Positions 23,943 to 34,761 of a stretch of 64,000 bases of DNA are shown here, piece after piece. Each line of letters starts with the position of its first letter. Positions within the stretch are counted from its first letter, which is position 1. The notes under the pieces were generated by a model that worked only from the letters and a program-made list of their open reading frames with translations, made no database searches and was not told where the DNA came from. The translations under genes were made by a program, and so were the position numbers. Source of the stretch: Amoebophrya sp. A120 (taxonomy: Eukaryota; Protista; Dinoflagellata); contig CAJINV010000006.1 of the NCBI GenBank assembly GCA_905178155.1, positions 3,284,437 through 3,348,436 on the forward strand. Reading direction: 5' to 3'.

Positions 23943-26900
23943 ATATGTCCCGCGTAGCGGTTATATAAGTTTATCCGATTGATCAAGAGGGTTGAGTACT
24001 CGCGCGGCCAGCGCCGCGCTGGCTCTAGGATTTTTCGACCCACCCTGCCTCACCAGGCGCTTGCGCGCCTCGCTTCAGCCCGCCCTTGGTCTCGCACTAG
24101 CGTGCACCGCTCCCGTTAGGATGCTGCGCCTCTAACTGGAGCTGCGCACCCGCCGGATTTAGGCCAATCGCGGCGTGCTCGAGGCGAGTTTCCGGCCTCC
24201 TTAGCTAGGCCCCTAGGGATCCCGCTAGGATTCGGCCGGTCTTTTTGATGCCAGTGTGTTGCGCTGGTGCCTTGTGAGGTGTGCTCATTTTGATAGATGC
24301 AATTTATCCGTTATCTGACGCTGAGAACGAGAAATGAATGAAAAAACATAACGTTGCTAGAGCTGGAACTTGGTCGCGTCCTGCAAGACTTCGCTTCCCC
24401 GCCGCAGGGGGATGTGTTCGCGCGGCCGCCACTGTCAGGATGGGTGAATTGATCATATTCGGATGAAATTATATGTCCCGCGTAGCGGTTATATAAGTTT
24501 ATCCGATTGATCAAGAGGGTTGAGTACTCGCGCGGCCAGCGCCGCGCTGGCTCTAGGATTTTTCGACCCACCCTGCCTCACCAGGCGCTTGCGCGCCTCG
24601 CTTCAGCCCGCCCTTGGTCTCGCACTAGCGTGCACCGCTCCCGTTAGGATGCTGCGCCTCTAACTGGAGCTGCGCACCCGCCGGATTTAGGCCAATCGCG
24701 GCGTGCTCGAGGCGAGTTTCCGGCCTCCTTAGCTAGGCCCCTAGGGATCCCGCTAGGATTCGGCCGGTCTTTTTGATGCCAGTGTGTTGCGCTGGTGCCT
24801 TGTGAGGTGTGCTCATTTTGATAGATGCAATTTATCCGTTATCTGACGCTGAGAACGAGAAATGAATGAAAAAACATAACGTTGCTAGAGCTGGAACTTG
24901 GTCGCGTCCTGCAAGACTTCGCTTCCCCGCCGCAGGGGGATGTGTTCGCGCGGCCGCCACTGTCAGGATGGGTGAATTGATCATATTCGGATGAAATTAT
25001 ATGTCCCGCGTAGCGGTTATATAAGTTTATCCGATTGATCAAGAGGGTTGAGTACTCGCGCGGCCAGCGCCGCGCTGGCTCTAGGATTTTTCGACCCACC
25101 CTGCCTCACCAGGCGCTTGCGCGCCTCGCTTCAGCCCGCCCTTGGTCTCGCACTAGCGTGCACCGCTCCCGTTAGGATGCTGCGCCTCTAACTGGAGCTG
25201 CGCACCCGCCGGATTTAGGCCAATCGCGGCGTGCTCGAGGCGAGTTTCCGGCCTCCTTAGCTAGGCCCCTAGGGATCCCGCTAGGATTCGGCCGGTCTTT
25301 TTGATGCCAGTGTGTTGCGCTGGTGCCTTGTGAGGTGTGCTCATTTTGATAGATGCAATTTATCCGTTATCTGACGCTGAGAACGAGAAATGAATGAAAA
25401 AACATAACGTTGCTAGAGCTGGAACTTGGTCGCGTCCTGCAAGACTTCGCTTCCCCGCCGCAGGGGGATGTGTTCGCGCGGCCGCCACTGTCAGGATGGG
25501 TGAATTGATCATATTCGGATGAAATTATATGTCCCGCGTAGCGGTTATATAAGTTTATCCGATTGATCAAGAGGGTTGAGTACTCGCGCGGCCAGCGCCG
25601 CGCTGGCTCTAGGATTTTTCGACCCACCCTGCCTCACCAGGCGCTTGCGCGCCTCGCTTCAGCCCGCCCTTGGTCTCGCACTAGCGTGCACCGCTCCCGT
25701 TAGGATGCTGCGCCTCTAACTGGAGCTGCGCACCCGCCGGATTTAGGCCAATCGCGGCGTGCTCGAGGCGAGTTTCCGGCCTCCTTAGCTAGGCCCCTAG
25801 GGATCCCGCTAGGATTCGGCCGGTCTTTTTGATGCCAGTGTGTTGCGCTGGTGCCTTGTGAGGTGTGCTCATTTTGATAGATGCAATTTATCCGTTATCT
25901 GACGCTGAGAACGAGAAATGAATGAAAAAACATAACGTTGCTAGAGCTGGAACTTGGTCGCGTCCTGCAAGACTTCGCTTCCCCGCCGCAGGGGGATGTG
26001 TTCGCGCGGCCGCCACTGTCAGGATGGGTGAATTGATCATATTCGGATGAAATTATATGTCCCGCGTAGCGGTTATATAAGTTTATCCGATTGATCAAGA
26101 GGGTTGAGTACTCGCGCGGCCAGCGCCGCGCTGGCTCTAGGATTTTTCGACCCACCCTGCCTCACCAGGCGCTTGCGCGCCTCGCTTCAGCCCGCCCTTG
26201 GTCTCGCACTAGCGTGCACCGCTCCCGTTAGGATGCTGCGCCTCTAACTGGAGCTGCGCACCCGCCGGATTTAGGCCAATCGCGGCGTGCTCGAGGCGAG
26301 TTTCCGGCCTCCTTAGCTAGGCCCCTAGGGATCCCGCTAGGATTCGGCCGGTCTTTTTGATGCCAGTGTGTTGCGCTGGTGCCTTGTGAGGTGTGCTCAT
26401 TTTGATAGATGCAATTTATCCGTTATCTGACGCTGAGAACGAGAAATGAATGAAAAAACATAACGTTGCTAGAGCTGGAACTTGGTCGCGTCCTGCAAGA
26501 CTTCGCTTCCCCGCCGCAGGGGGATGTGTTCGCGCGGCCGCCACTGTCAGGATGGGTGAATTGATCATATTCGGATGAAATTATATGTCCCGCGTAGCGG
26601 TTATATAAGTTTATCCGATTGATCAAGAGGGTTGAGTACTCGCGCGGCCAGCGCCGCGCTGGCTCTAGGATTTTTCGACCCACCCTGCCTCACCAGGCGC
26701 TTGCGCGCCTCGCTTCAGCCCGCCCTTGGTCTCGCACTAGCGTGCACCGCTCCCGTTAGGATGCTGCGCCTCTAACTGGAGCTGCGCACCCGCCGGATTT
26801 AGGCCAATCGCGGCGTGCTCGAGGCGAGTTTCCGGCCTCCTTAGCTAGGCCCCTAGGGATCCCGCTAGGATTCGGCCGGTCTTTTTGATGCCAGTGTGTT

Positions 26901-29226
26901 GCGCTGGTGCCTTGTGAGGTGTGCTCATTTTGATAGATGCAATTTATCCGTTATCTGACGCTGAGAACGAGAAATGAATGAAAAAACATAACGTTGCTAG
27001 AGCTGGAACTTGGTCGCGTCCTGCAAGACTTCGCTTCCCCGCCGCAGGGGGATGTGTTCGCGCGGCCGCCACTGTCAGGATGGGTGAATTGATCATATTC
27101 GGATGAAATTATATGTCCCGCGTAGCGGTTATATAAGTTTATCCGATTGATCAAGAGGGTTGAGTACTCGCGCGGCCAGCGCCGCGCTGGCTCTAGGATT
27201 TTTCGACCCACCCTGCCTCACCAGGCGCTTGCGCGCCTCGCTTCAGCCCGCCCTTGGTCTCGCACTAGCGTGCACCGCTCCCGTTAGGATGCTGCGCCTC
27301 TAACTGGAGCTGCGCACCCGCCGGATTTAGGCCAATCGCGGCGTGCTCGAGGCGAGTTTCCGGCCTCCTTAGCTAGGCCCCTAGGGATCCCGCTAGGATT
27401 CGGCCGGTCTTTTTGATGCCAGTGTGTTGCGCTGGTGCCTTGTGAGGTGTGCTCATTTTGATAGATGCAATTTATCCGTTATCTGACGCTGAGAACGAGA
27501 AATGAATGAAAAAACATAACGTTGCTAGAGCTGGAACTTGGTCGCGTCCTGCAAGACTTCGCTTCCCCGCCGCAGGGGGATGTGTTCGCGCGGCCGCCAC
27601 TGTCAGGATGGGTGAATTGATCATATTCGGATGAAATTATATGTCCCGCGTAGCGGTTATATAAGTTTATCCGATTGATCAAGAGGGTTGAGTACTCGCG
27701 CGGCCAGCGCCGCGCTGGCTCTAGGATTTTTCGACCCACCCTGCCTCACCAGGCGCTTGCGCGCCTCGCTTCAGCCCGCCCTTGGTCTCGCACTAGCGTG
27801 CACCGCTCCCGTTAGGATGCTGCGCCTCTAACTGGAGCTGCGCACCCGCCGGATTTAGGCCAATCGCGGCGTGCTCGAGGCGAGTTTCCGGCCTCCTTAG
27901 CTAGGCCCCTAGGGATCCCGCTAGGATTCGGCCGGTCTTTTTGATGCCAGTGTGTTGCGCTGGTGCCTTGTGAGGTGTGCTCATTTTGATAGATGCAATT
28001 TATCCGTTATCTGACGCTGAGAACGAGAAATGAATGAAAAAACATAACGTTGCTAGAGCTGGAACTTGGTCGCGTCCTGCAAGACTTCGCTTCCCCGCCG
28101 CAGGGGGATGTGTTCGCGCGGCCGCCACTGTCAGGATGGGTGAATTGATCATATTCGGATGAAATTATATGTCCCGCGTAGCGGTTATATAAGTTTATCC
28201 GATTGATCAAGAGGGTTGAGTACTCGCGCGGCCAGCGCCGCGCTGGCTCTAGGATTTTTCGACCCACCCTGCCTCACCAGGCGCTTGCGCGCCTCGCTTC
28301 AGCCCGCCCTTGGTCTCGCACTAGCGTGCACCGCTCCCGTTAGGATGCTGCGCCTCTAACTGGAGCTGCGCACCCGCCGGATTTAGGCCAATCGCGGCGT
28401 GCTCGAGGCGAGTTTCCGGCCTCCTTAGCTAGGCCCCTAGGGATCCCGCTAGGATTCGGCCGGTCTTTTTGATGCCAGTGTGTTGCGCTGGTGCCTTGTG
28501 AGGTGTGCTCATTTTGATAGATGCAATTTATCCGTTATCTGACGCTGAGAACGAGAAATGAATGAAAAAACATAACGTTGCTAGAGCTGGAACTTGGTCG
28601 CGTCCTGCAAGACTTCGCTTCCCCGCCGCAGGGGGATGTGTTCGCGCGGCCGCCACTGTCAGGATGGGTGAATTGATCATATTCGGATGAAATTATATGT
28701 CCCGCGTAGCGGTTATATAAGTTTATCCGATTGATCAAGAGGGTTGAGTACTCGCGCGGCCAGCGCCGCGCTGGCTCTAGGATTTTTCGACCCACCCTGC
28801 CTCACCAGGCGCTTGCGCGCCTCGCTTCAGCCCGCCCTTGGTCTCGCACTAGCGTGCACCGCTCCCGTTAGGATGCTGCGCCTCTAACTGGAGCTGCGCA
28901 CCCGCCGGATTTAGGCCAATCGCGGCGTGCTCGAGGCGAGTTTCCGGCCTCCTTAGCTAGGCCCCTAGGGATCCCGCTAGGATTCGGCCGGTCTTTTTGA
29001 TGCCAGTGTGTTGCGCTGGTGCCTTGTGAGGTGTGCTCATTTTGATAGATGCAATTTATCCGTTATCTGACGCTGAGAACGAGAAATGAATGAAAAAACA
29101 TAACGTTGCTAGATCTGGAACTTGGTCGCGTCCTGCAAGACTTCGCTTCCCCGCCGCAGGGGGATGTGTTCGCGCGGCCGCCACTGTCAGGATGGGTGAA
29201 TTGATCATATTCGGATGAAATTATAT
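23943..29226 (+). repeat. Tandem array, 10 x 528 bp (unit = A 96 bp + X 58 bp + B 374 bp of the retroelement termini), ends at an N gap
   Basis: Period 528 (ATATGTCCCG at 23943, 24471, ...); only one variant noticed (T at 29114). Confidence 0.95.
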
Positions 29227-29326
29227 NNNNNNNNNNNNNNNNNNNNNNNNNNNNNNNNNNNNNNNNNNNNNNNNNNNNNNNNNNNNNNNNNNNNNNNNNN
29301 NNNNNNNNNNNNNNNNNNNNNNNNNN

Positions 29327-29421
29327 TATGTCCCGCGTAGCGGTTATATAAGTTTATCCGATTGATCAAGAGGGTTGAGTACTCGCGCGGCCAGCGCCGC
29401 GCTGGCTCTAGGATTTTTCGA
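29327..29421 (+). repeat. Repeat A at the start of the retroelement body (contains TATATAA)
   Basis: Identical to 23944-24038, then diverges into unique internal sequence. Confidence 0.9.
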
Positions 29422-30810
29422 GGTCCCGAGGCGGACTCCGTTCACCTCTCGACCACTGGGGGCGAAGGGTTGCGGCGCAGCGCTAGCAGCCCTTCCTCCC
29501 ACGAAATTTCCTTCGAGTCTCTCGATGAAAAAGCGGGCTCCGGCCTAGGCCTTCCCCCGGCCTCAACGATGTTGAGCCACGAGGTCTTCTCCGCATGCCA
29601 GACGACAGGCTTGCCAAAGAAGTCCGCGTGACAGGGGTCCAGAGACATGTTTTCGCTCGTTAGTCTTTGACACGGCGCGTCGTCACGAAAAACGCACACC
29701 CCCGTACGCCGATGGCGTGCCGGGAGCGAGTGCAAAATACGCAAGGTCGCTGTGCCGATGGCGCAGCGACCACCGACCTGCAGGTCACCAGCATTGCTGC
29801 ACCGATGGCGCAGCGATGCTGGTCACAAAAAGCCTCAAAGCAGCTCCACAACCTCCGATGGAGGCAGAGCAGCTGCCAAGGCCACAAAAATGGCAGCGCA
29901 TTTCCGGCGGAGCTGCGTGAAGATCTAAGATCTACAGAAAAATGCAGATTTCAACGCCGAATTAGAGGGCGGAATGCTCGCAAAATTTCTGAAAACGCTC
30001 TAGATCCACGCATTCGCCCAAATTAAAATTTAAAAATTGCGGCTGTTTACAGCCGTAATGCCGAGCTCTTGCGGTCACTTCGAAAAAATGCAGCCGTTCT
30101 GTTTGTGTGTTCGCCACAAAAATCTGCCCTGCGATCGGATCGTAGTAAATCGCTGAAATTGAAACTACACCGTGCTCAACCCACTCAACGCCAAGGCAGG
30201 TCATCAATCGGATAAATCATAACGGCAAAGAAGCGCAGGAGTAAGACTCGCTGCGTCGGTAACATGTAGCATTGAAATAACGTTTGAAATGATCGAGTAG
30301 AAGAAAGTACCACACACACACGTCCCGCGATCACAAAAGTCATACCCCCTGCGGATGGTTGCGCCGATGGCGTACCCGATAAGTAAAGACGCATCACAAG
30401 GAGAGAGAGTCTCCCAACAACCGTCGCCGATGGCGGCGGTTCGCGTCTTCTTACCACCGATGGTGGCCCGCGTCGTTTTTAAAAATTCGCTGTCGTAAGC
30501 TCTTCTGTGGAGGTTCGCATCGATTCGTTCGTCGCACCTCGGGCAGAGAGAGGGGGTTTGGGGACCAGTTAGCGATCACGAGCGAACTCAGAGAGATCTC
30601 GCGAAAATCGTGATGTTGAGGTGCTCTAGTACCGGTGCTCGTTCTGTGTCGTGAGGCCCCGGAACCTCAGTATGAATAGTCGCAGGGCCTGTCCGGTCGT
30701 GTTGCATTTAAATCAAACTCAGGGGACTTTGTCCAAAAATTTTTTTTCCGCGTCGTTTTCGACTCGCAACTGCAACTTGCATCTTTGCACATTTCCAAAT
30801 CACTTTCAAA

Positions 30811-31062
30811 ATGTCTTCCAACGTGAGTATCGAGGCCGCCTCCAACGCCATTCGCGCGGAGGTCAGTCGCTATGGCCGCATGGCTCTCTTCGAGGGTCAC
30901 TGCACCATGCAGGAGAACGTCGGGGAGGAGTTACCGTACGACTACGAGCTGATCATCGCGCGTCTGACCGGCCCCGGGGGACCGCAGAACGCGAACCAAA
31001 CCGACTCGCCGCTGTTCATGGTATTCGCCTGGGCCCAGGGCTATAAATTAGTTGCGCAGTAG
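30811..31062 (+). CDS. Small 83-aa ORF in the retroelement leader
   Basis: ATG start, GC3-rich codons like the gag ORF, in otherwise non-coding-looking leader. Confidence 0.5.
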   Translation: MSSNVSIEAASNAIRAEVSRYGRMALFEGHCTMQENVGEELPYDYELIIARLTGPGGPQNANQTDSPLFMVFAWAQGYKLVAQ

Positions 31063-31411
31063 GTTGCTATAATGAGTTCGCCTCTCAGTTTGATGATGAA
31101 GTAGTAGCTGGAGAATTTTAGGGGGTGCCGCTTCGATTCTACTCGACCTACCCACGCGGTAGAGTCAGAACTGCCCAGACAAAGCCTAAAAAGCACCAGT
31201 TGACGTTGCAGATTGATGCACTAGTTGTTGATAACGATATAGACGTGCTAGACCCACCCATGATGGCCTCCGAAATTGTCTGTGCGAAGCTCGCGGCAAT
31301 ATTGCCGGCAGGCTTCGCGCCTTCATTGGAAAGAGCGTGCCAGAATTGTAGATAAGAGAGGCTGTTGACCAACTGAAAAACTGTCAGGCGCTGTTTGTGG
31401 CGATTGGCGCC

Positions 31412-33637
31412 ATGCTCAACGCGGGGTATGATCCGGAGCCGACCTGGAGGGAGGAGATCAACATCCTCCGGCACATGTGTCCGCAAATACTCGACCTCAT
31501 TAGAGAGGCGACCGGGCAGATGTGTGAGCATGGACTTGTGCCGCCCGGGCTGGTGACCCGGTTGGCGAAGAGAGGGATGGTGAACCGCCGCGCGTATCTG
31601 AGCGGCCAGCAAGTGGTCGACGATTCGCTGAAGTACTTCACCGCGCAAGATCAAGAACTTATACTCAACTACTTCAGTGCGGTCCTCGGGCCACACATCG
31701 AAGGGCGAAACTTCCAGGAGGAGCTGGAAGGGGCGCTTATCCACCAGGCCGCTTTCGTTCCGGACTTAGAGGCAAGCGTTGTGTTGCCGATCTTCCGGCA
31801 AGATCCCAGGACCTTGCGCCGCCGCTTCGCTCCTGAGCTCGCCGCGGCTTTGCACGGCCGCGAGCACGTCGCTGGAAGGTCTCGGCCCGCCAGCGCCGCC
31901 CGGAACCGCAGTCGCAGTGCCCCGCGCGAACCGCAAGTGGAGGCAGCCGCAGACGATACCCGCCCCGCAGGCGAAGAGCAGGATGAAGGACAGCGCGCGC
32001 CCCCGATGCGCAGGGCGCCTCCGATGAGGCGCATGCAGCCGATGCGCAGGCGCCTGCCAACGGTGTCGGAGCCGTCGGAGAGCGGTGGTGAGTCGGCTTC
32101 AGAGGCACCCAGTGCGCAGCGCCGCCGCCGCGATGGCGGGCGCAGTCGTCAACGAGACGAGGATAGGCGCGGCTTCTGCGAGGACCTCGCAGCCGCATTG
32201 CGGAGCAACTTCGGGTCGCAGAACTCAGGACAGGAACCTAACCCGAATCAGGAACCGGCTGAGACCCATCGTTACCATAGCAGATATGCGGGCCCCGGCG
32301 CCGTTCAGCTGGACCTCATCAATGCGTTCATTTATGCGGAAGCATCGCCCGGGGCGCAGAACCGGGACGGGAAGTTCCTGAACCCGGCCGCCGTCCGCTG
32401 CTGGAAACAGTCGCTCCGCATTCAGCTCGAGCAGGCGGGGAACCTCCCGCAGCCAGCGGGAGGAGCCCCCGCGGAGCCGATCTTGGTGCCACGCGAAAAC
32501 TTCGACATCATGCGGGACGCCAACATTGTGCACCTGCTGCGGAGCTTGGTGCTGGAGGAGTTCCCGGAGTTCCAAAACTTCGACGAACTGGGGGCCGACC
32601 GGGTCGAGAACTCGAACACCGTCAGCAGTCTCCTCGCCCTCTGTGCCGGGGGCATGACGCGGGACCTGCTTCGCGAGGTTGGGGAAAAGGACACTGATTG
32701 GCAGGCCCCGAAGGAGATGATGACGATCAAGGCAGTGAACGCAATCACTGCAAGTGCGAGCCTGACCAAGGTCGTCAAGCGGATCGCGTCCCTGTCAACT
32801 GCTGCGCGCGATGGGGTGCGCAAGGTGATGGAGTTGCTGGGCATTTCAGTCCACCACACCACAGAAGAGATTCGCGCAGATTGGGGCACTCTCGTTGCTT
32901 TGGCCCGCGGGACGGTGAGCTTGCAGGCTCTGCCGCGAATCAGGGTGAAGAAAGCCTTGTTGGCGGTAGCCAACAAGCACACGACGGCATCCGTGTCATC
33001 ACTCTTCACCGCGTTAGCCCACCCCGCCAGTGATCCGGCTGACTTGAAACTCTTCGCCGATCAGCATGCGTCCTCCGAAACCATCACCAAGTTCGACAGC
33101 ACCCACACTATTTGGTCGATTTTATTTTGCGCCGCTAAGGCGGCGCTCGAGTACCGGGCCGATCGGCCGGGGAAGCTGGTGACCGTCTACGAGGGCTACA
33201 TGAAAGAGGTCGCAGGCGCGAAGACTGCCAATGGCGAGGAGTCCCACGCCACCGCCCGCCGGAACACCGCCGGCCGCAAGGGGAACACCAACAAGGGTGC
33301 AGCGGACACGGGACGAAACGGCAATGGCGGCAAGAATTCCGCAAAGAAAGGCAGCGGGAAAAAGGGCGCCTCCGCTGGTAAAGGAAACCAGCAGTCCGGG
33401 ACGGGGTCGTCCTTCCCGGTGGAAACAATCCGTGAAGCATTGCGGGAAGCACACCCGACGTTCACCCCGGTTGCCGGTGGTTGCACGTTTTACACAGCCG
33501 AGCGCATGGGGTTGCAAATCCGTGGGCGCAATGTAGTCTGCAACCAGGGAAGCAGTTGTTCCAGAGGTCATGGACCGGGTGGCGCTACCCAGCAAATGAT
33601 CGACTCATGCACACCGGCCACGGACCCAGTGCCGTAG
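31412..33637 (+). CDS. gag: Gag-like ORF1 with C-terminal CCCH-type zinc finger
   Basis: Intronless ~741 aa upstream of RT; basic Gly-rich region then C-x18-C-x5-C-x3-H (CTFY..CNQGSSCSRGH). Confidence 0.75.
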   Translation: MLNAGYDPEPTWREEINILRHMCPQILDLIREATGQMCEHGLVPPGLVTRLAKRGMVNRRAYLSGQQVVDDSLKYFTAQDQELILNYFSAVLGPHIEGRNFQEELEGALIHQAAFVPDLEASVVLPIFRQDPRTLRRRFAPELAAALHGREHVAGRSRPASAARNRSRSAPREPQVEAAADDTRPAGEEQDEGQRAPPMRRAPPMRRMQPMRRRLPTVSEPSESGGESASEAPSAQRRRRDGGRSRQRDEDRRGFCEDLAAALRSNFGSQNSGQEPNPNQEPAETHRYHSRYAGPGAVQLDLINAFIYAEASPGAQNRDGKFLNPAAVRCWKQSLRIQLEQAGNLPQPAGGAPAEPILVPRENFDIMRDANIVHLLRSLVLEEFPEFQNFDELGADRVENSNTVSSLLALCAGGMTRDLLREVGEKDTDWQAPKEMMTIKAVNAITASASLTKVVKRIASLSTAARDGVRKVMELLGISVHHTTEEIRADWGTLVALARGTVSLQALPRIRVKKALLAVANKHTTASVSSLFTALAHPASDPADLKLFADQHASSETITKFDSTHTIWSILFCAAKAALEYRADRPGKLVTVYEGYMKEVAGAKTANGEESHATARRNTAGRKGNTNKGAADTGRNGNGGKNSAKKGSGKKGASAGKGNQQSGTGSSFPVETIREALREAHPTFTPVAGGCTFYTAERMGLQIRGRNVVCNQGSSCSRGHGPGGATQQMIDSCTPATDPVP

Positions 33638-34761
33638 AAGTGACGCGATGCGGAGGAATGTTGAAAAAGATGCTAGTCTGCCAATAGAGTGGTTGTTTTC
33701 GACGAGTGGTTTTTTATAGAAGACCTGGCATTCAGGTCGTAGGTTTTTTTTGCACCCCGTATGATTTAGAAAGCTGGCGCGACCGTTTACGCCTAGAAAC
33801 TGATGATGACTAGTGGTCATCCTGGTTGTCTTTAAGGTTTTTTTTCGGTTTCCTCTCTACTTTTGACACTTTAGTTGAAAGGAAATCAATGGATTTACAG
33901 CGTAAACGGCTCATCTTTATCTGCTTTATCCTACCTTGGTCTAGCTGCGCGACGGCAGGTGGATGGACCATCTTTGGTCTATCCCACCAACCACAGTAGC
34001 AGCGGGCCTGATGTACTGCAACTGACTATGCTAATTAATAACAGACCGTAGGGATCTATCGCCGTTTTTTTTAGGGATCGTGAAAGCGCCAGTATCTGTC
34101 TCGCCGACCCTAGGGTGATAAGGGTCGCGAGACCGGTTTTCCAGCGGGAGATGTCCACTTTCTCTAGATTTTCCTCGGAAATACTAGGAAACCCGAGAAC
34201 CTCCGGTTACAGACCGCACACGAGCTGGCGTTTTTGTCGTATATTTCTGCATCTACGTAATTTCGCACTCCTCGTTCTGGTGCATGCTGGCGGTAATCAC
34301 ATGTAAACAACCAGAAAAATGGAGGGTTGTGGTAAGTCTCTACCCTAAGTTTCTGGCCTTACACGGTGGGATCCACCCTCCGGAAAAGAACCAGAAAAAT
34401 GAACGATACCATCGGAGTTTCTTACCTCCGGAAAAAAACTATGTATTTCCGCGTGGTCCTTGGTCTCCCTTGAGATTAGGGCCAAGCTTCACGAATAGGC
34501 ACATGGCATGAATTTGAAGCATTCCAAGTGGCTTTTGGGAACTGAGATGGTGTTGTCAATCATGGAAACATTTGGCGTTCGCGTTTGTGGCTTTGGGGAA
34601 TCTAAGAAGTTTTCTCGCTGTTGAGTGGCGCTGCAACATGAACTGAACATCTGAAATGACAACAGCGATGGCGAAGCGTTTGGCTTTTATTTTTCTTGCA
34701 TTTATCTGTTCCATTCACACTGACTACTGCGAACCGAGACTACGAGGCCCCCCGAGCCGAC

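Noticed and set aside
24311-28795. Repeated 86-aa minus-strand ORF (MGRKILEPARR...)
   Set aside because: By-product of the tandem repeat: GTG start, spans the B|A junction, no recognisable domain.
23943-29226. 528-bp array as CRISPR, 5S rDNA, spliced-leader array or hammerhead retrozyme
   Set aside because: No unique spacers, no 5S or dinoflagellate SL (CCGTAGCCATTTTGGCTCAAG) sequence and no CTGANGA core seen; the units match the retroelement termini.
29227-29326. 100-N runs (also 38523-38622 and 44923-45022)
   Set aside because: Scaffold gaps of nominal size, not biological features.
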